DNA of 64,000 nucleotides, from contig NC_087437.1 in NCBI RefSeq assembly GCF_036321535.1, positions 3,038,001-3,102,000 on the forward strand, given 5' to 3'. Both the position numbers and the translations under genes were made by a program. The notes beneath the pieces were generated by a model. That model had not been told where the DNA came from. It ran no database searches and was given only the letters and a program-made list of their open reading frames with translations. Of this stretch, positions 23,901 to 37,129 are shown piece after piece; within the stretch, counting starts at the first letter, position 1; each line of letters starts with the position of its first letter. Origin of the DNA: Camelus dromedarius. Its lineage: Eukaryota.

Positions 23901-24891
23901 AAAAGATGTGGTATGTATATGTACACAATGGAATACTACTCAGCCACAAAAAGAATGAAACTATGCCATTTGCAGCAACATGGATGGACCTGGAGATTGT
24001 CATTTTTAATGAATTAAGTCAGAAAGAGAAAGAAAAAATACCATATGATACCACTTTTATGCGGAATCTAAAAAAATAATACAAATGAACTTTATTTACA
24101 GAACAGAGACTCACAGATAGAAACCAAACTTATGTTTACCAAAATGGAAAGGGGGAGAAGGATAAATTAGGAATTTGGGATTATCAGATACAAACTGCTA
24201 TATATAAAATAGGTAAGCAACAAGATCTGCTGTCTCAGGATAAAATTTAGTGGATGAGGATGAGTCAAGAAAGTGGTTTCTTGTTAAAAGAAAAAAAAGA
24301 AAAAAAAGAAAGTGGTTTCTTAAGATGGAATCTACTCCTGGTGAAGATGCTGTGAAGATTGTTGGGATGACAACCAAGCATTTAAAATATTACATAAACC
24401 TAGTTGATAAAGCAGTGGCAGAATTTGAGAGGATTGAGTCCATTTTTGAAGGAAATTCTGCTGTGGGTAAAATGCCATCAAACAGCATTGCATGCTAGGG
24501 AGAAATCATTCGTGAAATGAAGAGGCAAGTGATGTGGCAGACATCACTTTCTTCTTTTAAAAAATTGCCACAACCATCCCAGTTTTCATCAGCCACCACC
24601 CAGATCAGTCAGCAGCCGTAAACTTGAAGCTAGGTCCTCCTCCAGAAAAAAAGATTACAATTTGCTGAAGACTCAGATGATGGATAGCATTTTTTAGCAG
24701 TAAAGTATTTTTAAGTTAAACTATGCACCTTTTTTAGACCTAGTGCTGTTGCACAGTTAATAAACTATAGTGTAAATGTGTCTTCTATATGTGCTGGGAA
24801 ACCAAAAAATTCGTGTGACTTATTTTATTGGGATATTCACTGTATTGCGGTGGTCTGGAACCAAACCCACAGTATCCCCTAGGTGTGCCTG
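20930..24891 (+). mobile_element. Tigger1 DNA transposon (both termini present), interrupted by L1 and internally deleted
   Basis: TA|caggcagacct ... aggtgtgcctg|TA terminal inverted repeats with TA TSD; transposase remnants TLNQKLEMIKLSQEGMSKAQIG (in ORF 21253..21444) and [44 protein letters not shown] (in ORF 24250..24498). Confidence 0.93.
21929..24230 (+). mobile_element. LINE-1 ORF2 RT to 3' UTR, lacking its terminal tail
   Basis: [15 protein letters not shown], ctatttgcagatgacatg (LFADDM), ORF 22563..22901, [21 protein letters not shown]; stops within the 3' UTR at caacaagatctgctg. Confidence 0.93.
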
Positions 24892-26724
24892 TACTGTGCG
24901 TTCAACAGCAGACTCATGGTCAAAGTTACTTTACTGATGAATTCCATAAATGTTCAGTGAACATGCCTCCCTGGCAGCCATCAAGGTAGATGTTTTAAAC
25001 CTCCCTGAGGGCAGAGGCTGTCTCTTTTATTCACTTTTCTGTCAACACCCGTGGTACAGTGGTGATGTGGAGAAACTCAGAGACCTAGATGGTACCCAAG
25101 ATCAGTTAAATCCTGGTTCTTCCTGGGGTCTCTGGTCCCTGGGGAGCTTAGTGTTTGCAGTGAGGTGATCTCTGGGCGTCTTTACGGCACAAATGAATGC
25201 ATAACACGTAAATGCAGCCCATCAACTCAGTGGTGTCTTCCAAACACAGCACGTCTTTCTTTTTGGGGACGAGCTAGGGCATAGTGACCAGTGAAGACAG
25301 AAGAGGGTGGCAGGGTGTATGACAAGTAAATCTGGCTGAACTGAAAAATCTTAACCCTCCAGAGGTGAAGGGAGTCTCCTGTCTCCTCCGGCTTGTTTGA
25401 TGGATGCTAGAAATCTGAGTGACTTTCTTGGCGGCCAAAGTTTGGAGGAGTCTGCTGCTCAGCATCCCCTCTGCTGCCCGTAGGGTCCGCCCTCTCCACT
25501 GGGCTGTGTCCAGAGCCCAGTCACTCACTCTCCACACCAGCAGCCAGGCTTCCACGCTGCTGCTCGTCCCCTGCAATTTTTCTGTCTTGACAAAGGTGCC
25601 AGGGAAACGAGAGCGGCTTCCCTGGCTTTTGCCTGCGAGGCCTGGGGTTGTCCCATCTGTTGTTATGCTGGGGCCTGGAGGGAGCGGGGGCGGCAGTTAG
25701 TTCCTCCAGGGTGTAGCCTTAAAAGCTCGGCCAAGTACAGGCCTGGAAGGACACAGGCTTTGTTTTCTCATGGTGTCTACACTGCAGGCACCCCTGCTGG
25801 ACACGGCATCAGGTCTTGAGATGGGCTCTGGACCACAAGGTGAGCAGCCACTACCAGGATGCTGTTGCCCTGTTACCCCGCCTGACAGATGGGCCTCTCC
25901 TCTTGTTGAAGGGCAGGGAGAAAGGCAGTTGGGGATCGCTGGCTTGAAAGGCTTGTTCCTTTGAACATGTTTGCGCTGCTTTCATGATGAAATTCCCTCA
26001 GGGCTTCATGGCCAAGTAGAGTTAAAGCGTGAATTACAAAGCCTTTGTGTTAAATAGAATCCCAATTCTATCTGCAAACAATTTTTTAAAGAAAAGCAGA
26101 CTGTTACAAATTTTAAATTATCCATACTTTAATGCACTGATATGGTATGTATAATTAATATATGCTCATTTTATATTTTGAACATTGATATTATATAATA
26201 AGAACTCATCTGCAGAGTTTGCTTAATACTTTAAAACGTAATCCTTATCGTACTTTTGTTAAAAAGGTAATATATGCATTTTTATTACCTACAATTTAGA
26301 AAATACAAAATGTACAAATACTGAAAATTAAAATCACCTCTAATCCCATGACTCTGTGAAGTAAATCAGCATTGTGGTGTATTTTCTTTGGGGCTTTTAT
26401 CCTATGTATGCATCTAATATGTTTTTGAGTGATTTTTACATATGAAGCTAAATGACATCAAGAATGCAAACAGAGAAGAAAATGGAATTATTTTTCTTGC
26501 CTCTTTGCAAGACTGTCCTTGAATCAGTATTCTTTCAGACATAACCCAGCCACCTATACCTCCCACCTGAAAGACAAAGGCTTTGAAATCCATGGTTGGG
26601 AGCAGTGTGGGGATGGACAGAGAAGTGAGACTCTGGTTAATGTCCAAAGCAGAGGGTCAGCTATTCTGCATGATGTATTTGGAGGATGGTTTTACACAGG
26701 GGAACTGAAGATGATTTCTTTGAC

Positions 26725-26960
26725 TGATTGATTCATTCAACAAACATTGAGCCCTCATTTTGAACCAGGTATTGTACTTGCAAATGGGATGAAAATACAA
26801 ATAGAACACACCCTTGACCTCCAGGAGCATCCAGTCTGGAGTGGGGCCAGACAGATAATTCAGCAGTGACCAAGAGATGTCATGAGTTGTGACTGAGCTC
26901 TGTGACATGTGGAAAATGACACATCATCTGCAGGGGATGAAGGAGAGGTCATTGTGGAGA
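26725..26960 (-). mobile_element. LINE-2 3' end
   Basis: gattcattcaacaaacattgagccctc...ccttgacctccaggagcatccagtctgg. Confidence 0.65.
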
Positions 26961-27119
26961 TGGGGTGAGAGAAGGGCTCTGTGTATACACCAGCTAGTTT
27001 GTTCTTCGTCCTGAAATTGCCTGCAGTCCCCTGGAGGGTAATAGAGTAAACGATCAGTTTTGTGTTTCAGCCAGCACGATGGGAAACAAACCAGATTTTG
27101 ACATCAGCAGCTCTGTGAT

Positions 27120-27335
27120 CCTCTGAAAAGCAAACAGAATGAAAACAACTGAAAAACAAAGAAACAAGATTCTCTGAGCCTCATTCTGCCCATGTATAAA
27201 ATGGGAATAATAACTGCCTATAAGATTTTTTTGAGATTTGAATGTGAAAGAAAGATTTAAATGAGAAAGTAAATTATGAAGCAAAACCATTGAACCCTCA
27301 TAAATGCTCAGTAAATCACTCTAGCATTGTTAGTT
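27120..27335 (+). mobile_element. MIR SINE
   Basis: Core tctctgagcctcattctgcccatgtataaaatgggaataataactgcc. Confidence 0.65.
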
Positions 27336-28071
27336 GTAAGACTCTGCCCTCCCCCCACCCTGCATCCTAACCACAGGGATCACTGATGCTGTCCTTGCCC
27401 CTAACACCCCGACCTCGCACCTGCACTCTTTGCCCAAGCTCTTCCATCTTCCTGCTGTGCTGTTCCCCTTGAAGAGTGCTTGCCTGCCTTCAGAACTATG
27501 ACCCACCCTGCAAGACTTAAATATTCACGCTTCTCTAGAGTATTAAAGGAATTTTGGAGGCAGCAGAGAAATGGGAAATTTCTCACTCAAAATTGGGGGA
27601 GTTTTTAGTGAGAAATTAACAGGCTCTGACATTTTGCCTAATGAGATTGTCAGATACAGACGTTAAAATAGTTTCTTCTTGCTCAAAATAGCTAAAGCCA
27701 CCATCAGGGTGCACTTCTCCAGGGAAGGTCCGTGGTTGGTAACTGACCTGGGTACCAGCTTCTTCTCTGAGTCCTCCTCTTCTTTCCCTCCTCAGAAATC
27801 CTCTCTTGTCTCATTCATAATGTTTTCTTTTATTTTCTAATAACCCCACTTGTTTCTACTCATTACAATTATTTTCTTATTTCTTATTTTCCATGTCTTA
27901 GTGGAAAACACCAGCAATGGTGTTTCAGGTCCACAAATGTTTTACTGGCTGACTTTCTTTGACGGTGCTTGAAATGTGCTAATCTGGGGGAGAGGCAGGA
28001 AAAACTTGGAGGTTTTCTTTGTCCTGTCCTGTCACTGCCCACTGTCCTCCTTTTGGGGTTTCTCACAGTGC

Positions 28072-28240
28072 TTTTTCTTTTAATTGAAGTATAGTCAGTT
28101 TACAGTGTTGTGTCAATTTCTGGTGTACAGTACAATGTTTCAGTCATACATGTATGTATTTTCATATTCTTTTCCATTACAGGTTACTACAAGGTATTGA
28201 CTATAGTTCCCTGTGTTATACAGAAGAAACTTGTTGTTTA
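28072..28240 (-). mobile_element. Short young L1 3' tail
   Basis: ttttaattgaagtatagtcagtttacagtgttgtgtcaatttctggtgtacag... Confidence 0.85.
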
Positions 28241-29634
28241 TCTTTGTTCCCTCAATGCCCTTGGCGGGTCCCCAGGGTACATGTGATGTTTGAAGGACAC
28301 TGTAGGTGAACACTATCATCAGGTGGACCATTGACCCAAAGCCCTGTGTAGTCTCCCATTCTGTTGAGCTGGACCACATAAGAGTCGAGAGGGCCCTTTT
28401 GTTGTGTTGGATTGAGGGAAGAATTGAGATGTGTCCTTTTGTCCTTTTTAGGTCTTACTCTTAGTGGAGAGGAGAGGATGAGAAAGAAAAACCCAGGGGG
28501 AAGACAGAGTCATTTTTCTTGGAGCCTGAGGCTTAACTGGCATGAGCCACTCATCCCCTTGAGACATTTTCTTCTGTAGGCTCCTCCCTGGGCCTCTTGC
28601 ATGTTTTCTCTTCCCCGGCTTCTCACAAGCCACATGGTCCCATTTCCACTTTGATGATCACAAATCAAAAGTATCAGCTTGCTCTAAGGAATAGGTACTG
28701 TATAATTTTATGAAAATTGTATCTGGAGTGAAGCTGGGCTTTGGGACACTGACATATATATAAATAATATATACACCCTTAAATAACAATACATTGGATG
28801 CAATTTAAATGGCCAAGAGAAAGGACTGACTGAATAGATTTAATACCTCAGTATAATAGAATATTAGTTACTAAAAACTCATATTTAAAAATGATGACAG
28901 GGATATGCTCTTTAATATATCATTAGGTTAAAAAGCAGTGCAAAAACTATAGATTCTGATTGTTTAAAATTCATAAACATAAAAAAGGCTGTAATAAAAT
29001 ATATGAAAATAATAATAGTGTTTTTTATCTGGGTGGTGAAATTACAAATGGTTTTTGTTGCTTGTGCTTTCTTAATAGTTTCCATTTTTAAATCATAAAG
29101 TTGAATTTCTTTGATTTCTGAAAAACGTTATGTAAAGAAAACTGAGTTCCATGTAAAAATGTTTGACAATCTATGTAAGGCACATGCGATAAAACCCATG
29201 GGCAGAAAATTAATTCTTCCTGGAGAAGTCATAAACAATGGACAGTGTTCCTGCAGTGCTGGGATGACAGGTACTTAGTAGCTGGTAATAGATAACCGTA
29301 AGTGTGATCAAGGAAGAATTTGAGGGATGGATTAATGAAGAGTAAAAATTTGGTTTCAAGACACCCCTGTACCTCACAGCTGTTCTAGGAGTAGCCACGG
29401 TTGGAGCGTTCAGTTGTTGTTACAGATGAGTTACTCTAGAGAGCCCTTTCCTGAATGTAGGAGACAGGTTTGAACATCAGAACCAATAAGTCACATCTGT
29501 ATTATTCTTACACAGTGATGTTTCCTCTGTAGGACACACAGCTTCACATGCCTTTTCTCTCAATCTCTTTCACTCATACCCTACCACGCACATATATTTT
29601 GTTTGACTCAAGAAAAGAAATGAATGTGAATATC

Positions 29635-29965
29635 GTATCCACCAGGATAGGTTAGGTGTTGCTGTGGTAACAAACAAGCTTGAATCTGAAGGCCTAACAC
29701 ACCAAAGGTTTCTTTCTCACTAACACAAAGTCCCTTTTAAGTACAGCTGTGTCTCTAGGGCTACTGTCTGCAGTGCTGACTCAGTCACGGCAGATGCTTT
29801 GACATTGTCACTCCACTGTCACAGTAAGTCTTCTTTGGTAAACATGGCAGGGATGGGACAATGAGGGGACACACCCCAGCCCTTCTGCATTCTTCCTGAA
29901 GCTCATTACTTCTCAGAACTAGTCATGGGGCCCTGCCTAACTGCGGGAGTCTAAGGGAACAGAGA
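29635..29965 (-). mobile_element. MaLR LTR (old MLT1)
   Basis: caggataggttaggtgttgctgtggtaacaaac...aaaggtttctttctcac...agaactagtcatggggccctgcctaactgc. Confidence 0.65.
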
Positions 29966-30009
29966 GGATGCTGGCTGAGAAGATTCTACATGTGTGCGCA
30001 TGGGCACAT

Positions 30010-30031
30010 ACACACACACACACACACACAC
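30010..30031 (+). repeat. (CA)n microsatellite
   Basis: acacacacacacacacacacac. Confidence 0.9.
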
Positions 30032-30459
30032 TTTTACCTCTGCCTCTGTGATCCTACTATTGGCATGAAAGAGGAAAATGACAAAGCAAAAGTTATCCAT
30101 AGCAAGCTTTTTAATTGAACTAAACTCTTGACTTTCAAATAAGTATGAAGTTAACTAATTTTTAAACACCCCCAAAGCTAATTTCTTTATCAAACTTGCC
30201 CCCAAATTCCACAAGTCCAATGAACCAGTCTAAATTTTAATTGACCCTATTTGTTCTAAAATTGTTGATGCAAACCAAAATATATGAATAACTTAACATG
30301 AACTGATTTTTTAATTTGGAGTCCTGATTTATAATAATGATTTATCTTTAAATCCCAGCTCTCTCAAATGATCTGAAATTTGAGTGTGGGAACATTTGGG
30401 CATTGGCTGTATTGTATACCACTGGACAGAAAGAACATTTTTTAAGAGACTCTACTGTA

Positions 30460-30640
30460 TTGGTTATTGTGCTTGGTTCTTTTATGTCTGTATCTCTAAT
30501 CCTTACAGTAGCCCTGAGGTAGTTATTATTGTTTCTTTTTCAGAATGAGAAAACTAAGGCTCAGAGAAGTTGAGTCACGACTAGGAAACATTGGAGCCAG
30601 GGCACAGATTCAAGTCCCTGGGCCTCCAGCACATTCTTGA
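30460..30640 (-). mobile_element. MIR SINE
   Basis: ccttacagtagccctgaggtag...gagaaaactaaggctcagagaagttgagtcac. Confidence 0.65.
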
Positions 30641-30989
30641 CTCCGTCCTGCACCACCCGGTGGCACTCTCAATCCATCCAAGTATCTCATGACATGGCTT
30701 TCATGTTTTTGCCATTTTTTTGGTGATTGGACATATGAATGGGCATTTCCTTTCTTCTTTTTCTAGGCTCTTCAAGTTCAGACCAGGCTCATGAGCTTAG
30801 CTTAAGCCCCGTGTCCTCCACTGTCCAAATGACATAGTGATGGTTCAGTGTATAGCACCTAATACCAACTCTAGCAGAAAGAAGTCTTCTTGATAAACTG
30901 CCTTCCTTCTCTCTTCACTATCCTTCAGTTCTTTTTCCTCCAAAAATACCATTGCTTTCATATTTTGTTCATGATGTTAATTTTGAAAT

Positions 30990-32670
30990 TTCTTTTTAAA
31001 AACTTAATTTCTTTTATGTTGAAGTATAGTTGACATACAATATTATATTAGTCTCAGATGTATATAACATAGTGGTTCAATATTTATGTACATTACAGAA
31101 TGATTTCCATAAGCCTAGTAACCATCTGTCACCATAGAAAGTTCTTACAGTACTATTGACTGTGTTCGCTGTGCTGTACATTATATCCCCCTGACTTACT
31201 GGTTTTATAACTGGAAGTTGGTTCCTCTTAATCCCCTTCACCTATTTCATCCATTTCCCCACCCCCTCCCCTCTGGAAACCACCAGTTTGTTCTCTGTAT
31301 CTTTGAGTCTCTTTCTGTTTGTTTTGTTTGTTCATTTGTTTTGTTTCTTTGATTTCATATATGAGTGAAATCATGTAGTATTTGTCTTTCTCTGACTTAC
31401 TTCACGTAGTACCCTCTAGGTCCATTTATGTTGTCACAAATGAGATTTTATTCTTTTTTATGGCTAATATTTTGTTATAAATATATTCCATAATCTATTG
31501 ATGGACACTTTAGGTTACTTCCAAATCTTAGCCACTACTGTAATGAACGAAGGGTTGCATGTATTTCTTTGAATTAGTGTTTCAGTTTTCTTCAGATAGA
31601 CATTCAGAAGTGGAATTGCTGGATCATATGGTAGTTTTATTTTTAATTTTGTGTTCTACAAAGTGGCTGCACCAATTTGCATTCTAGTCAACAGCGCAGA
31701 AGGGTTCCCTTTTCTCCACATCCTCACCAACACCTGTTATTGGTTGTCTTTTTGATAATAACCGTTCTAATGGGTGTGAGGTGATGTATCATTGTGGTTT
31801 TGATTTCCATTTAGCTGATAATTAGTGATGTTGAGCATCTTTTCATGTGTCTGTTGCCATCTGTATGTCTTCTTTGGAAAAATGTGTTCAGGTCCTCTGC
31901 CCATTTTTAAATTGAGTTGCTTTTTTTTTTTTGATATTTGGTTGTAGGAGCTCTTTGTATATTTTGGATATCAGCCCCTTATCAGATGATATTGTTTGCA
32001 ACTATCTTTTCCCATTCAGTATGTTGGGATGGTATTCTTCACTGTGCAAAAGCTTCTTAATTTGGTGTAGTTCCATTTGTATATTTTTGCTTTTGTTGCT
32101 CTTGCCTGAGGAGACAAATACAAAAAGATATTGTTAAGACTGATGTCAGAGAGTGTACTGTGTATGTTTTCTCCTAGGAGTTTTATGGTTTCAGGTCTTA
32201 CATTTAAGTCTTTAACCCATTTGGAGTTTATTTTTTGTATATGGTGTAAGCAAGTAGTCCAGTTTTATTCTTTTCATGTATCTGTCCATTTTTCCCAACA
32301 ACATTTATTGAAGAGACTGTCTCTTCTCAGTTGTATACTTTTGCCTTCTTTGTCATAGCTTAAATGGCCATGGATAGTGAGTTTATTTCTGGGCTGTCTG
32401 TTCTGTTCCATTGATCTGTGTGTCTTGTTTTTGTGCCGGTACCACACAGTTTTGATTACTGTAGCTTTGTAGTACAGTTTGAAATCAGGAAGCATGATTC
32501 CTCCAGTTGTGTTCTTTTTATCAAGATTGGTTTGGCTATTTGGAGTCTTTTGTGTTCCCATAGAAATTTTAGCCTTGTTTGTTCTAGTTCTGTGAAAAAT
32601 GCTCCTGATATTTTCATAGGGATCACCTTGAATCTGTAGGTTGCTTTGAGTACTATGGACATTTTAACTT
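30990..32670 (-). mobile_element. 5'-truncated LINE-1 (3' UTR and ORF2 C-terminal part)
   Basis: ttgaagtatagttgacatacaatatt 3' end; ORFs 32274..32561 ([22 protein letters not shown]) and 32456..32731 ([18 protein letters not shown]). Confidence 0.92.
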
Positions 32671-32814
32671 CACTTTGCTTTGGACCCAAGTATCTCTGTC
32701 TTTGCTGAGCTTTATCATTACTTAACTTCATTAATTACTTTAGCAAGTCATCATTTGTCTACTTGCAGAAATCTTTTTCATGTGAACACTGGTTAACATG
32801 ACAACTGTTAACAC

Positions 32815-32990
32815 TAACTCTGTGCTCTGTATCTGCATTGTTACTCCCTGAACCCTCACAGCAATGCTAAGGTGGATCCTGTTGTTAGCTCCATTTTGCA
32901 GATGAGGAAACCAAAATACATCTTGCCAACAGTTATAAAAGTTTGTAACTTACAGATCCAGGGTGTAAACTAGGCTGTCTGACTCAAAAA
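32815..32990 (-). mobile_element. MIR SINE
   Basis: ccctcacagcaatgctaaggtgg...ctccattttgcagatgaggaaacc. Confidence 0.65.
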
Positions 32991-34554
32991 CTTACACATT
33001 TAAATATAATGCTCTAGTGCTCTCTGTGAATAAGGTACTTCACCTAGTTGGTCACACTGAAAGTCCTTCAGAGGCAGGGACACATATCAATATGTTGGTG
33101 CCCCTCATAGCATGTAATAGAGTACTAGGCTCAGAGTTGCTGTGCAAGAGTTACATGTCAAGGTGGATTTTAGGGATCTTAGGAGTGAGAGTGTCCTTGA
33201 CCATGGGCATCTCTTACCAATGGTCTGTGATCATGCAAATTAGCCATGTTTGCATCCTACGCTTTTAGCTTCTGGTGAAACAGACAGACATGGAGTCTGA
33301 AGGACTTGAAGATTAAGAACTATGTCCCAGTATTCTAGTCCAGCTGGTGGTAGAAGTAGGAACGAATTGGTGCTCTCTGCTCAGAAGTGACAGCATTTCT
33401 TCTTGGAGATCAGATTTCTGAGATGCAAAGTTCCCTCTTGAAATCATTGTCCTTTGATGCAGCTGGTGAGCGCTGACTGTGTGGAAGCAGTGCTTTCAGT
33501 CCACCAGGGCTGAGTAAGAGGCCTTTGTGCTGACTGTTTGGTTAACTCCTGGTTGTCCAGCCCCACTGTGAGAATTCCAGACCCTCTTCTCTTCCTTCCG
33601 TTATTTACTGTGGAAATAATCTGAGTTTGAGGCCATATCAGTGAGAAGCTTCATGCAGGAAGTGGGAGGGGAAGGTTGGAGAGAAATGCCCTCCTGGATA
33701 CAGTCTTGGGGGGTCTCACACTGATGTAACATGTTTCTAAGGTGATGGCCGAGATCAGGGCTGTTAAATTGCCAGATCACCTGGCATTGTGAGGGCCTGG
33801 CTGGCTACCTCAGTACCTGTCTCTGGTTCTAGAGCTCTCTTCTTCATCAGCAGCTAGAGCCACAGATGTCACAGGACCACACGCCCAGGGCTCCACCTTG
33901 TCATCAGCCAATCTAGGTGGCTCCACACCCAGTCTGTCCTGCTTTGAGCCTTTATTGCACAGTCCTTGGCCCCTGCTCATGAGGACTTCGCAGATATGAA
34001 AGCTGAGAGTTGCCACATGTATGTGATCACTGGTGTGAGAAGACCACAGGACACAAACTAAGGAGTGCCTAGGGAGTACTTGTGGTCATGAAAACTCTAC
34101 CAGGCGCCCAAACGGGGTTATGAGGGAGGCATACACAAGGGGGAATTTTTCATGTGAAAACAAGGACTGTAACTCCTTGGGCATTCTAGAAGAGGGACAA
34201 AAACGACTTGAAAGTGTGAGCAAGAGTAATCAGAATGAAGCAGCTTTACTGAAGGGACTGGAGACTGGTGTGCCTGACGGACGAAAGTAGAAGTCAGCTA
34301 GTGACCCCAGGCTGGGAAGTGTGGGATTTGGATACCACAGAAGAATGTTGGTCAGGGAGTGACCTGATCAAATGTGAGTTTAACAATTAGAAACCCCCCT
34401 GAGCACCTCACACCTGCTGATTGCAAGGAGGAGTAATTTACAGTGGATCCAAGTTCGGGCAAATGGGAGGAATGATTCTCTTTGTCTCATTTAAGGCTTG
34501 TTTCCTTAGATTCTACTTTGTCTCATATTACTATTACCATTCCTACTTTCTCTT

Positions 34555-34805
34555 TTTTAAAAAATCTTTGTGATGCTTTTATTTTTTTTTAATTTTATTA
34601 TTTTTTATTGAAGTATAGTTGGTTTACAATGTTGTGTCAATTTCTGGTGCCCAGCATGTTTCAGTCATACATATACATACATATATTCATTTTCATATTC
34701 TGTTTCATTACAGGTTACCACGAGATATTGAATATAGTTCCCTGTGCTATGCAGTAGGTTCTTGTTGTGTATGTATTTTATTTACAGTGGTAGTATCTGC
34801 TAATC
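34555..34805 (-). mobile_element. Short young L1 3' tail
   Basis: ttttattgaagtatagttggtttacaatgttgtgtcaatttctggtg... Confidence 0.85.
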
Positions 34806-35854
34806 TCCTTTCTTTTGACCAGAGTCTCTTTTTCTTTATCCATATGTCCACTCATTCACTTCCTCACCCATTTATTTGCTTATTGTGGTTTGCTTTGTTA
34901 AATGTCACCTGGTTAGATCTGAGAGGTAATCTAAGGTTCTAGGTCTTTCGGGAGGGAAGTTTACCTTCTGTATGATTACTAACGTATTAGATATGTTGGC
35001 CTTCTTTATACCATCTGTTGTTTATTTTTAAAGTAAAACTTTATCCAGGTGCGATAAACACATGGAAGGCTTCGTATCGTAAGTGTACAGCGCCACAAAT
35101 TTTTATGAAATAAATACTCCAAAATCAAGGTAGAGACTGCACCCCAAAGCCTCTTTTGTATCCCTCCCATCCTTGCGTCCAAAAAGGCAACCACTGTTCT
35201 GATCTGCAGAACTTGATGATCTGGGGATCGTATGGCGAGTACTTTTTTGTATGTGGCATCTTCCATTCATTGTCACGTTTCCGAGGTCTGTCTGTGCTTG
35301 TGTGTATATCAGAAGGTCCTTCAGGTGCATTGCTGCATGGCTTCCTAGCATGTGAACAGCCCACACTGCTGTCATCCCCTCCATTGTGTTAGGTCCCAGG
35401 TTTTGGCCCCTGTTGTTAATTTCTGTTTACTCAACAGACTCTGGGAGGAATCTCTTCTGCCCGGCACTTCCCAGTGCCTGGGCTCAGTGGAGTGTCACTC
35501 ATCTTCCTCATTGTCCACTCAATGCCAGCTTCTCCTGCTTCTCAGCTGAGTGTCCCCATGACATCTAGTCCCTGGCTCAGAGTGGCAAGCCCCACAGTTG
35601 TCTCTGTGGAGTGGGTTGGCCAAAAGCCCTGAGTCCACTCCTGTGCAGGGTGGTACCTGCAGAACCACACCTCCCACACTGCACTGCCACCCAGGATAGT
35701 CTTGTCTGAGCCCGGGTTACAGGACTTTTCACAGGAAGTAAGATAGCCCCGAGGGCAGCTGCCCCTGCTTGTTGCCTTTAACCTCTGCCATTTCCCCCTT
35801 TGTTGTTGCTTTTCCATTTTGCTAATCATTTATCTTCTAATACGTCCCATGACA

Positions 35855-36800
35855 TTTTTAAAGTTGATTTACAGTATTGTGTTAGTTTCAGGTGTACAGC
35901 AGAGTGATTCAGTTATCTGTGTATTTTTTTCAGATTATTTTCCATTATAGGTTATTGGAAGATAATGAATATAGTTCCCTGTGCTGTATAGTAAATCCTT
36001 GCTGCTTATTTATTTTATGTATAGTAGTTTAGACCTGTTAATTCCATACTTCTAGCCCTCCACCCTCCCTGTCCTATTTGGTAACCATGTTTGCTTTCTG
36101 TGTATAAGTTTCTTTCTGTTTTGTATATAGATCCATTCATATGATTTTTTAGATTCCACTTATAAGTGATATCATATAATAGTTGTCTTTCTCTCTAGGT
36201 CTATCCGTGTTGCTGCAAATGGCATTATTTCATTCTTTTTTATGCCTGAGTAGTATTCCATTATGTGTGTGTGTGTATGTATGTATTATATATATATATA
36301 AAATATATGTATACACACATATATATAAAAAATACACACACCCACACCCACACACACACACACCCCACAGCTTCTTTAACCGGTTGTCTGTTAATGGACT
36401 CTTGGGTTGTTTCCATGTCTTGGCTATTGTAAATAGTCCTGCTGTGAACATTGGGGTGTGTGTATCTTTTCGAAGTAGAGTTTTCATCTTTTCTGGATGT
36501 GTGCCCAGGAGTGAGATGGCTGGATCATAGGGTGAGTCTATTTTCAGTATTTTTAAGGAACCTCCATACTGTTTTCCCAAGGTGGCTGTACCAACATACA
36601 GATGGCCAGTAGGCATGTGATAAGATGCTCAGCATTGCTAATTATCAGAGAAATGCAAATCAAACCCACAGTGAGGTATCACCTCACACCAGTCAGAATG
36701 GTCATCATGAAAAAGTCCACACTGGATAAATGCTAGAGAGGGTGCGGAGACAAGGGAACCCTCCTACACTGTTGGCAGGGATGCAAGTTGGTGCAGCCAT
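35855..36800 (-). mobile_element. 5'-inverted LINE-1 (twin-priming structure)
   Basis: Antisense 3' portion 35855-36600 joined to the sense copy of the adjacent upstream L1 segment 36594-36800; includes TG/TA/CA microsatellite expansion at 36264-36363. Confidence 0.85.
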
Positions 36801-37129
36801 GCAAATTTTCTGTGACTAAATAAGTTTAGAAAAACATTGTATACCATACCTCCTTTTTGGTTTGCAGAGCATGTTCACAGACAGCAGAAACCTTCTACTG
36901 TAAAGGGACCTGCTTTATGTTATAAAATCTACCATTTTCTGCTTTGAGAGTGTCTATTAGTAGCTCTCACAATGAAATTGTGGTTCCATGACACACTGCT
37001 GTGTAGAGAAGAGCCATAGGACATTCTGCTGGGACTTTTTTTCCTTTTAGTGTCATGGCTAGTTTCTGAAGTTCTCCATGGCTATTTTAATGGAAATGTG
37101 GCTGAAGGCATAACAGGCTGAATTAATGT

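Noticed and set aside
21253..24498. Possible domesticated TIGD1-like transposase gene
   Set aside because: Stops, frameshifts, loss of the central region and an L1 insertion; it is a dead Tigger1 copy.
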